From Naegleria gruberi (lineage: Eukaryota): a stretch of DNA of 64,000 nt. Position 1 is the first letter of the stretch. The number at the start of each line of letters is the position of its first letter. Below the pieces are notes generated by a model that saw only the letters and a list, made by a program, of their open reading frames with translations, did not search any database and had not been told where the DNA came from. Positions 37,318 to 48,053 of this stretch are shown here, one piece after another. The stretch lies in the NCBI GenBank assembly GCA_000004985.1, contig GG738858.1. One strand, given 5' to 3'. Both the position numbers and the translations under genes were made by a program.

Positions 37318-40300
37318 TCTTGATGAGTGGCTGAGCTGTTTTTTTGGATTAAGTGTCTTCTCTTTGATATGATATCAGTATGGAAAGTATGTTTCCAGTT
37401 CTGGGTGATGGATCGTGAAGTGAGTTACTTTTTGTAATTAGGGAGATGGATAAAACAACAATGTAATCTTCTTATTGTTGTTGTATTCGTGGTTCTTGAT
37501 GATGATGATTGAAAATCAAGGATGAACTGACTTGGCGGGGAGTTACTCTAAGGCAATAATATATTATACTACACGTGAGTTGTTGGTAAATGGTATTAAT
37601 TGTTTTTTTTCTAACAAGCAAGATTAATAACACAAGTGAAGTGCTGCTGGCTGTGTGTAATACAGGATAAGTTGGTAAGTTGTGTGTGTGCAGGTGTTTA
37701 ACAAGTTTCAAGATTTGGCAATGCTCTTCGTTCTAGAGAGTGTTGAATCTATCTCTACTCAAATTTGAAGGTATTATTAATTAATGAGGGTTCAGATTAT
37801 ATAGAAAAAAGAGGGGCAATACGTTGTCCAAATGCAAAAAGGGGCGAAGTACATTTCGAGGCCATTGATTAAGGTTTCAACGTAGTCGAGCCCAAATAAA
37901 TCAAGAAGTATAATTAAGGTTTGTAAGGTCATGTTTGTTCGGTGAGAGAATTACATTCGATCAATTAAGAATTTCGGTTGGATGAGGAGTACAGTAGTTT
38001 ACGTGCACGCATGTTTCAGCAGAGCCATTCACATGTGTGAATTTGATAATGATGTTCCACATCAGAGTTTCATGAAAGAGCACATCGAACAATCAATGGA
38101 TCACACAACATAACACATTAGCATAGAGTTATTCGTTTGGAAGGTTCAAAGATCGTGCGGTAAGCTATTCATCGTAGTGGAATTTTCAACAACTTACGTT
38201 TTGGATGTTATTTTACGAGAGTGAATATTTGGTATTGTTGATAGCAAAAAAGAACAATGGTATTGTCGAGTAGTTGTTTGGCAATCTCTCGGTTGCTATG
38301 AGCGATTCGATTCTGGAGATATAAGATTGTTTACTAGAGTATCAAATTGACAAGTGTCAAACTGGTCTGTCAAGGATAACGAATGATAACGAAGATATCT
38401 AGAAAACGAGAGTTTAGAGGGTGTTCTTTTTTTTCGAGCAAGATAATCTTTTGGATGATAAAGTATCCTATTTATCCTCCCATTTATAGCCAAATCACCC
38501 ACTCAACGAATCACTCAACAATGCAAAAGATACACAACACGTACTTGACTTGTTGCAAGATCACACACATGAATGTTCTCAATATCTTCTTGGATTGCCT
38601 TCTTCAATTGGTCAAAGCAAGTCAACTACAAAAAACGCGGTGTTCGTGTTGGATAGATTTGGACCTTTAAGACTGCCTTTCCCGAACCATTATATCAATT
38701 TTCATTGAATGATTTGGATCAATACAAATGAACTTTTGGTTGTTTTTCTTTGATTGGTGTAATTGAACGAAAATCATCTCGCCACATTCCAATCGAGACA
38801 TTGCAATCCATAGCTATATATTCGAAACGATATCTCTATTAAGGACGGCAATGTTGCAACTCCATAATGAAGATTCTGTAAGTGTAGGTATTCAGACACT
38901 TACCAATTGACAATGGAATGGATTAAAGTTGTCAAACTAATTTTTCTTCAATGGTTTCTAACAATATTACAACAACATTCAGATTCATTAAATCACCACA
39001 ATATATTAATTGATACCAACTGACATCAACATTTTTTGGTAAGATAATTTATAAAATTGCAGATATAAGAGAATCACTTCCAAAAACACCATATTAAATC
39101 TAAAAGAACATGTCAATGAAAACGGAATCTACTTCCGTCTTGGATATTTCGCCATAACAATATCATACATGGTTAGGACACACATGCTAATTAGGTTCAT
39201 TATCAAAATCATATCTGTTGCAATGAGTGGATAATTTTGATAGTTTTCATAACATCATTTTGATTACTTGGTTATTTTCGATTCACAACATTTAGCCATG
39301 ATTCAACTCAGTTATGGTAAGAATTGAAAACTGTAGATTGGGATTAGTTGGAAATTGGAAATGTTGTAACAGAGGTCAATAAGTGCGGCACATATCTACT
39401 GAAAAGTGAAAACTTTGTTTCGAATTTGTAACTTTCGTTATCGTTGTATAAGAAACCTTGAATAGTAGGTACTATGTAATTATGACTTTCCATAGTAGAT
39501 ATTATTGTTATCAATGTTGATCTTGTAATCTTTACTAGTCCTCTAACTGATGGGCTATAACTCCTCTTATCATGAATCTTCGTTATTCGCTTCCTATTTC
39601 GAATAACAATGAAGGATAGGGAAATGGATAATCCTCGTAACATAGTAACATTCTTCTCACCTACTCAATCAAGTTGTCAATAGGTAAATTAAGAAACATT
39701 TCCAACCATATTGAAAAATTTTCATGTCTACTGTAGCTGTAACATGTCAAGAGCTCTGAGGTAGATTACTGTAGATAATTCAATTTACAGTTGATACTGT
39801 TCTCAATTCTCAGTAAAATTGTAATTGAAAATCATTACTTTGAGAGTTTTTCACCTGTTTTCAATGTAATCAGCTTGATACAATGAAGATTATGTTTTTT
39901 GTTTTGATTACAGCAGAGGATGAACATTTGAAAAATTTGAGTGATTGTAATAGATGGATTTCAATGCAAATTGTCCATTTCACGATTATTCTCCTATCGG
40001 AAAATATGAGCTAGACGAAATAGTGGCGAAACCATTGAGATCCTTCCTGATTACAGAATTCTGTGAAGGTTACTCAACCTGAACAGAAAGTTTCATCCTT
40101 AGTTAAAAATTGGCACCTGTTCGCCTGCTATTATGGAATACTTTCTTTTTGGATTGATTTTATCTTTTAATAAGCTTGCTCAAACCATCATCCACTTGGT
40201 CAGTATTAAAACAGCTGGGATTCTCTAATTTACAGAGATCATACCAGAAAATCATTAGTGTTTGGAACTGAGGTTTGTAAATTTTGTCCAGGGAGTTATT

Positions 40301-40419
40301 TTTTCTGAGTTACTGATCCACAAACCATTCGTCTTCTTTTATTTCTACGGAGAAGAAACTCCACAACACCATTGCCAAAACATTTTTTAAATTGTTTTAT
40401 TTTTTTAATTTTAAAAAAA

Positions 40420-43384
40420 ATGAGAAAAACTCTGATTGGCCGAAAAGCTGGAGACTCGGACCAATTCAAAGAGAAAAAGTCGGCAACAACAACATCACGA
40501 TCAACATTCTCTCTAGGAATACCCTTTAGGAAGAAGAAGGAAGCTCCTCCTGATAAGAGTAGTACATTTACGGGTGAGAGAAGGAGAAGTGATGATTCGA
40601 AATTAAATGATTTATCATCATTGGAAAATGGTGAAAAGAGAAGGTCTTCATTTTCGGAACAAAATGATAAAAGACAATTCGGATTGATTATGGATCAAGA
40701 AAATTTGGTTTCGAAAGAAAACTTTAAATTAACTGATGATAACATGTTAATGCCTGGAACTGCAGACGAATATAACGAGGATTTACTTCTTCACAAAGGT
40801 TATTTAGTGAAAGAGGGAGGAAATATTCACAATTGGAAGGTAAGATATCTAGTTGACTAGAAATTATTTAAAATCAAATTAGAGGAGATATTTTAAATTA
40901 TTCACAACAAGAATAGAATACTACAAGGATGAGGAACAAACCAAAGCCATCAAGAGCTTCCCAATTACTAAATCTACACAGGTTGGTGAAGCCCCTGAAA
41001 AAGGAAGCTCTAAACCTAACACTTTCAAGGTTGTGACAGCCGATAGAACATTGTTTTTATCAGCATCAAACAGAGAACAAATGTTCGATTGGATTAAGAA
41101 GATTACAACAGCAGCTCGTTCTATACATTTAGTTAAACCAAAACTAATGTCTCCATTTTTACATTTGCAAAAAGTGCCACTACTTAAAAAGAGTGCACCA
41201 AACTTTAAGGATTATTTAAGCTCTGCTGTAGAAAAGAAGAGGAAAATCAAGTCAACGAGTGCACTTTCCACAACTCCATTTGAGCAGTTAACAACAACAT
41301 TCACTCTCAATGAAAAGGAAACTAAAAGAACACTGGACGAATTTATCAAGCTATTTTTCGAAACTCAAACCGAAATTAATATTCAAAGCGCCTTAGTGAA
41401 AAAATCATACAAGAATATGTTCACGCAAATCAAGTCCTGTTCCAATTCTTCCACATTTGATTATGTTTTAAAAGGTACATGTCAATATGAAAAACCACAA
41501 CCATTTATTGGAGGATTTCCAATTTTCCTCAAAGGAACGTATTATATTGTTGTAAATTCTGATCAGGATATTTACTGGATTGGTTTCAAGAGTACCATCC
41601 TCAGAAAGGAAACCACTATTTTGGCAGATTTAAACGACGCCAAACGTGTAACTTACAAAGCTACTCAACAAGGAAAAGATGAGAGTTTTCACATTTCATT
41701 TGAATTTGATATATTGCATCAAGCAAAAGAAAAGGGTTCATTCTCTGCTATGGCCAACACTCAAAGCAATAAGATTGAATTTAGATTTTCAGATAGAAAT
41801 TTGTGGAGTTTTATAATCTTCCAACTTACAAGATTGAAAATTTCAGTCGTAGAAGGAGAAACACTGTTTACGAGTGATATTCCAGATGAAGAGCCTAACA
41901 TTGCTGAGAGATCTAGGGCCAAATCTTCTGCCGCACTTCCTTCTCTTCTCACAGAGGCCAAACAAGAGAGCAAGACTGATGTGCCAAGTGTTCAAAATAT
42001 TGAACCTACACCTCTCAAAGAGGAGAAACCTTTCGAAAGTGATGAAGAAAGTGAAACAAGCAATACTGATGACTCCCTAATGGAAAACGAAAAGGATACT
42101 GAACCCCTGACAGAAAATGATGAACTTACAGTAATTGAGAAATCTGAAAAGGTTTCTACTCCAATACCTGTCGAAGCAGAATCAATGTATTCAAAGAAGG
42201 TAAAGAAAAAGGAAAATTTAATATTCGATGCTTTCCACAATATCAAACGTTTAGAGAATTGTGCCCAAGATGAATTCATTTCAATATTTTCTCAAATTTA
42301 CTATAACCAATTCATTTCCAAATTTTCTTCTCGAGGTCCAGTTGGTGATTTTATTGTGTTTGCTGATGAGAGAGTGATAGATAAGATGTTCTCTTCCTTC
42401 TTGAAGGATAAGGAAAATTCACTAATAGCTACAGGAATGCTCTATATCACTAACCATTTCCTTTGGTTTGATTCCATTGACGATACTAGTGGAAAACCAC
42501 AAAACTATCAATGGATGATCCATCTCAAAGACATTGTCTCTATCAAAATTAATTTATCTGTATATATAATCAAGCTAGAACTTAATCAAAAACAAGTGTT
42601 ACATATTTCACTTACTGGTGAGGAATTCAATACTGGTTCGTTGAAACATGAATATGGTTTCAATGATTTGGTAACACTAGATATTAATGCTGTAACATCA
42701 ATGAGAGAAAAAAGATTTCTTTCATCTCTGCGAGTTGTATATTGCCTTGTAAACAAGATTCAATTTGCCTATAATTTGGATAGACAAGTATTTCACTATG
42801 ATGATAATTTAATTGCTTCTATTGGAAAGGAGGAAACTGATGATTGGTTAGATACTGATGACAGTGAAACAAATAGTGACAGCTCTGTTGAACTCAGTCT
42901 TCTAAAAGTGGGTAGTGTAAGAGAAACCATGATTACCAATTATTTTGAAAGGAATCAACAAGAAGATTCACCAACTGTTATTATACATAGTGAAACTGAT
43001 TTTGATGATACGACATTTGATGGAGAAAATGATGATAACCAAGAGGAATACTTTGACCTTCAATCATTTGATTTGGAGCTTGTAAAGAAGTTTAAAAACA
43101 AAAAGGTTACCCTAATGGCCAGACAAAATGTTGTTGATGATGGCAAGTTGATACATATTAAGGACAATAATGAAAAGACCATAGCAGAGATACGTGTTGA
43201 CAAATTCACCAATGTTGCACTAGTAGGCAAGAATGGATTTGCATTAACCCATCTGAAACGAAACAAGAAGGAAACCAAAAAAGACATAGAAACCCTTAAA
43301 TTCGAGTGTAAATCAACAGCATCTGCAAGTGATGTTGTTAACTATCTTTCAGAATTCATTTCAGGAGCCAATGAAGATATTTAA
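40420..43384 (+). CDS. PH-domain protein (about 975 aa), 2 exons
   Basis: ATG 40420. Exon 1 to 40839 (...LLLHKGYLVKEGGNIHNWK), exon 2 40883-43384 (RRYFKLFTTRIEYYKDEEQTKAIKSFPI...FKVVTADRTLFLSASNREQMFDWIKKITTAA). Splicing reconstitutes a canonical PH domain (G-x-L-x-K-x-G...W-K-R-R-Y-F-x-L...Y-Y-K...W-I-x-x-I). Confidence 0.8.
40840..40882 (+). other. Spliceosomal intron (43 nt, GTAAGA...AATTAG), phase 0
   Basis: Donor right after AAG (K of NWK). The acceptor AG is the last two nt of an in-frame TAG, so the unspliced ORF ends ...NWKVRYLVD*. Confidence 0.8.
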
Positions 43385-43493
43385 CTTATTAAATAACAAG
43401 CAAACCTAATTTTTTAAATCAATACTTTTTAATTAATTTAATTACTTAAATTATTGTTAAATTATAAATTCCATCTATGAATTCAATACTTAT

Positions 43494-44971
43494 TTATTGA
43501 ATACTCCTTGTTCTGTCATAATATTCTGTTGGATTGTTGTCTCCATTCAAAAGAGAACTTGATTCTTCCACAGTTTGGTCCAAAATAGCATCACTCATAT
43601 CCTTATCTCTTTTTGAACTCTTTGAAACGAATTTAGCTGATTCTTTGATTTTTCTCCAAGAAGGAATGGAAACTATCGCAATTCCAATAAAAATCAAAAA
43701 CATGCCAACAAATTCAATTATTGGAATATAGAATGGGATGTTTTCCCATTCTCCAAGGAATATGGCACCTTCTGCAACACCGAATATCTATTAAAATTTA
43801 GTAAATTAATCAAAATAAACTATTAATCTAAATAATTGAAATAATACGAACCGGCAAAAGGTAACCCACCAAAGATTGTTTTGTGCTTCCAATCTTCTTG
43901 ATTAGATAGAAGAAACAGACATAGGCAACACCAGTCGAAACAATTCCCAAATAGGCAACTGAAATCCAAGCAAGATAGTTGGCATGTTTGAAATAGCTCA
44001 AATGTCTTTCATCAATACCAAGATCATAAATCAAAACACCAAGTAAGGCAAAGAGTGAAGCTGAGAAAATTTGACCACAAGCAGTAAACAAACTTGGAAC
44101 ACCATCAAAATACTTTTTAGAAATCACAGAAGCAACACCATAGGAAGCAGCTGCAAGAGTAACAGTTACATAGCCAACTATTTGTCCATCATCTGGTGTT
44201 TCACCTATAATGACTTGCTGTAAACAAACCAAAATGACTCCACCAAAACCAACAATTAATCCCACTAATTTAAGAAAGGTAATTCTCTCCCCTTTCAATG
44301 TAAAATGGGCAATAAAGATGGAAAATAATGGAATGGAACTGTCGAGAATTGATGCAATACCTGAATTAATAGATTGTTCAGCAAATGCAACAAGAATGAA
44401 TGGCACAGCATTGTTGAAAAATCCCAATACCATCATCATCAAGATTGTCTTAATTCCTCTATGCTTGTTCACTTGTGTTCTAAATTCCTTGCTCTTCACA
44501 AAATTGAATATGAACAGCACTAACATGAATATTCCACCAATCAATAGACGCAAAAACACTACACTAAATGCACTGAAACCAAACTTTGGATCAACAGATA
44601 ATTTAATAACTGTTACTTTTGTTAGCATTCGAAATAATTTTCATCAACTTACATGAAACTATTTGACAGACACATTATCATGATAATTAGAATATATATA
44701 TTCAAATCAACTTACAAGCACTACCCCAGATAGCTCCTAGAAATATAAAAACAACAACACTGCCAAATGTACAACTTAAATTTTGAACAGGTTCCGATGT
44801 TGTTGGAGCAGCCTCCTCCTGCTGTTCTTCTCCACCAGCTTCCACATCATTTTCCGAATATTCTTGGTCATGATGTTGTTTTCTATAGACTTGAATTTGC
44901 TGTTGCAAGGCAGCTTCCTCTTCATTTTGATATCCTATCGAAGAGCTGTTGAAATTCTCTTGATTTTCCAT
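43494..44971 (-). CDS. EamA/DMT-superfamily transporter, 3 exons, acidic N-terminal extension
   Basis: ATG 44971. Exon 1 44971-44716 (acidic Q/E-rich N-terminus then TM1 ...VVVFIFLGAIWGSA), exon 2 44615-43852, exon 3 43787-43494. About 10 predicted TM helices, duplicated EamA-like halves (AIWGS...K...P, ...LLP-IFGVAEGAIFLGE). Confidence 0.75.
43788..43851 (-). other. Spliceosomal intron (64 nt, GTTCGT...TAATAG), phase 0
   Basis: Joins ...VGYLLP to IFGVAEGAIFLGEWENIPF, which continues into the 43494-43703 ORF. Donor GTTCGT is less canonical than the others in this window. Confidence 0.55.
44616..44715 (-). other. Spliceosomal intron (100 nt, GTAAGT...ACAAAAG), phase 1
   Basis: Donor after GCT T; acceptor before TA ACA GTT gives ...AIWGSA-L-TVIKLSVDPKF. 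Contains an internal second gtaagttgat copy. Confidence 0.65.
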
Positions 44972-45252
44972 TGATGTTGTTGTTATTGATGACGTGAAAT
45001 TGTTTTTTTAAATCAAATATCGAACAATGGTATGTTGTCTATTATGATGTGGTAATGGTAATAATTGTTGCGACAATATTTTGATTTTTTTCAATCTCCT
45101 TGATTTTCTCAGTGCTTCTTCTTCTTCTTACTGTTGAAGAGTAGTTTCAGTTAAAGCTCTCAAGTGTTGGGTGGACTTCGGAGTTTTGTTTTTCTTCCCT
45201 TTGAGAAGAATCTTCACCATTAATTCATCCATGGTTTACAAATTTTTTCATC

Positions 45253-47593
45253 TCACTCTAAGCGTGAGTAGCTCACTTCGTCGTAGGCAAATCCTTCGGA
45301 TGGATGTTCATTTTCTATTGAGGATGTAATTGGTTGTTGTTGTATCATATCAGAAATGTCAATATGTTCATATGGTTGTACATTGGCTTGGAATGAGTTA
45401 TTGACAAATACTTGACGAAGAATTACCAGCTCCCTTTCTTTTAAATATCTTTTGATTCTTTTCCCAACACAAATCATGCACAATAATAGATAGATGACAC
45501 AATTGTAGGACTCGACAACAACCTTATTGGAAGGATATAGTGCATAAGAGACGGCAAAACCCAATCCTGTAAAACAAATGGAGAGTACATCATGGAGGAA
45601 GTAGCTGAAAAATCTTGTGGATATCCAGAATCCTGTCTGTGAAAGAGTAAGTCTCTGGACCAGGTAAAATATCATGAACAATACGGTTGGCACTCCGAAT
45701 GAGAGGAGGAGTATCAAGAATTTTGTAATCTTAAAGTGTGTTAGTCTCCTTTGAAAGTGGAGCACTTACCTTAAATTGAAATAAGGGAACCTTCAATCTG
45801 ATAAATATCTTGGCTCCATAAATTACCAGTAAAAGCATGATCATTACAAACATGAATGTTGTACAAGCATAGAAAATCATAATTCCATAGAATAAATGAA
45901 TTGATAATTCAAACGAGACAAATACAAGAGAACTAACTAGGATAAAGACCATGATCACTGAGAGTGGAATGACAATCGCTAGCGAAATGTTGTGACTATT
46001 CTTTTCAACTCGAATCATTGTATCGATCCATAATGCCAATACAAACAATAAACTCGAATAATAACCAGCGTATCCATTCACAATTAAGTGAATACTATGA
46101 ATTGAAAACCCAGTATCAAGGAATAAGGCATTCTCCACTAAAAAACTAATACTTCCCCAAACCAGTGTTATCGCAGAAATAAATCGAATATTAAATAATA
46201 TTCTCATCCAACTCTTTCCAATGGCAGAGGAAGCATTGTTCTTGTAGAAATAAACTCCCTTCCTTAGAACCTTGTTGATTTGCTTTGGTCCTCTCTTTCT
46301 AAATGCTTTGTGAAGTTTTGGGATTTCAATATTACTCTTTGATATTTTCAAAATTAGTTCCATAATACCTTGAACTGTGAGAGGAATGCAAATCAATAAT
46401 GCTGCTATTAAAAATACCAATAGCTCGAATGCTAAATAGATTTTTCTTAGAACGCCTGATTCGTAGGCAGGATACCACAAATCATTGTAGTAATCACATT
46501 TTGTGGCAATTCTAATAATTGAATCTGACTGAGTTACATTAACATCAGATCCTTGTTCAAGCAACGTGGCCCGTGATGGACAAAAGCAAAGACTATATCC
46601 TGTAAGGAAAAAAGAATAATCTCCAGCCATATTGTATGTGACAATTTTGCCAATACTACTCATTGGAACTCCTTCAAGATCTTCCTCAGTAGCTTCTGAT
46701 GATTCACAGGAGAATGGATAATCAATAGTCATACAGATATCTCTATTCTCAATAACAGGATCTTTTCTATAATCACGACAAGCTCTACAAGCTGAAAAAA
46801 CATCAACAAGTTCAAAGCCAAACGAAAAGTTATGATTGAAAGAGGGAATCATTTGATTGAGAAGTGCATTATACTCGTCAGAAATGAAATCATCTTCCTG
46901 TGGAATCAATTTTCTTGATTCAATACTTTCAATATACCTCGAAACAAAATAAAGTGTTAATCTCTTTCCAAAAAATTCATCCTGCTTAATGTCATCCAAA
47001 GATGTGGGTATCAATTCAGTTAGGTTAATTCCAAATTTCTTTTCCTGATTAAATAGTTTTTCCTTCTCCCCTTGAGAAAAACATAATAATTGATCGCACA
47101 CATCTCCTAAATTATCTTTGAAATCCAACTGATCACACACATATGTTTTCTCTCCATGTTGATAAGAAGCATCTTCATCTGGATCAAAAAGGGACAACAT
47201 TGGTCCATCAGGTATTTGTTGATATAATGCAGGACATGAAAGTGGATTTGGTTGCTCCTTAAACCTTATGGTCCATTCACTTTGATTATAGAGTGGAATG
47301 TAAATATTAGTCAATCTATCTAAAACAGATGTTGAATAATGATTCTTACTATCGGGAGCATACAAGTATTTTCTCCAGTGTTTTCCATAAATCATGTAAG
47401 GGCAAGACGAAGGTGATACTGTATTATTGAGTGCATCATCTTGCTGTTGAAGATTTTGTGATATCATTTCACTTTCAAATGTTGATGCAAAGCAACTAAC
47501 ACCATTGCTACTAATTTCACTAATATACAATGCTACTATTATTACAACAAGGAGGAAGATTGAATCATTCCGCACCTTTTGAACATTAAACAT
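45253..47593 (-). CDS. Seven-transmembrane receptor-like protein with large cysteine-rich N-terminal ectodomain (candidate GPCR), 2 exons
   Basis: ATG 47593 followed by signal peptide (MFNVQKVRNDSIFLLVVIIVALYISEISS). About 330-aa Cys-rich extracellular region, then 5 TM helices in exon 1 (to 45770) and 2 more in exon 2 (45729-45253) = 7TM. Confidence 0.65.
45730..45769 (-). other. Spliceosomal intron (40 nt, GTAAGT...CTTTAAG), phase 0
   Basis: Canonical AAG|GTAAGT donor after ...PLFQFK. The only in-phase acceptor gives ITKFLILLLSFGVP... (TM6). Confidence 0.6.
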
Positions 47594-48053
47594 TCTCTGA
47601 TCAAACAATTCGTTTAATGATTTGACTCGAGTTGGTTGGATCTCTTCTTTTCATTAAGGCTAAAAAGCCGCTCCACAATAAACGATTAAAATTACGACCC
47701 CTTCCCTCCACAACAGTACAATAAAAGATGGATACTATAAAGTAGGGTTGCTGAAAAGATATTATCTCTTTTTTTTTTCTTTCTAAATTGGTGATTTTCA
47801 TGAGCGTGGAGTGCACAGAGGAGTGTAGGAGATTGTACAGAAAGAAACAAGTGAATTTCCAAGAGTGTGGTCGTATAATGCATGCATTGAATGGCCATAT
47901 TAGAGTACTGATAGAGTGTTATCTTGCTACTAGTTGGTTCCAATATCTGTCACTTCCAAAATGTCATAAAGCTCTCTTGCAAGGTGTTAGTTTTTTTAAA
48001 ACATTTTTAATTTAAAAATAAACTTTCAAAATGATTTTGAATCTGAAAAAAAA

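Noticed and set aside
40372-40860. ORF-track start codons (M) at 40372, 2904, 58001, 19338/21515, 47608, 61294-62448 etc.
   Set aside because: Inspection shows these begin with TTG/GTG rendered as M. True starts were re-assigned to the first in-frame ATG or to upstream exons (40420, 2747 with intron, 58004, 47593). The DUF262 gene has no upstream ATG in frame, so its start is left open.
47601-48015. Small ORFs 47601-47816, 47692-47943, 47788-48015 between the 7TM gene and Mrd1
   Set aside because: Mutually overlapping in different frames within a 450-bp divergent promoter region; no domains; AT-rich.
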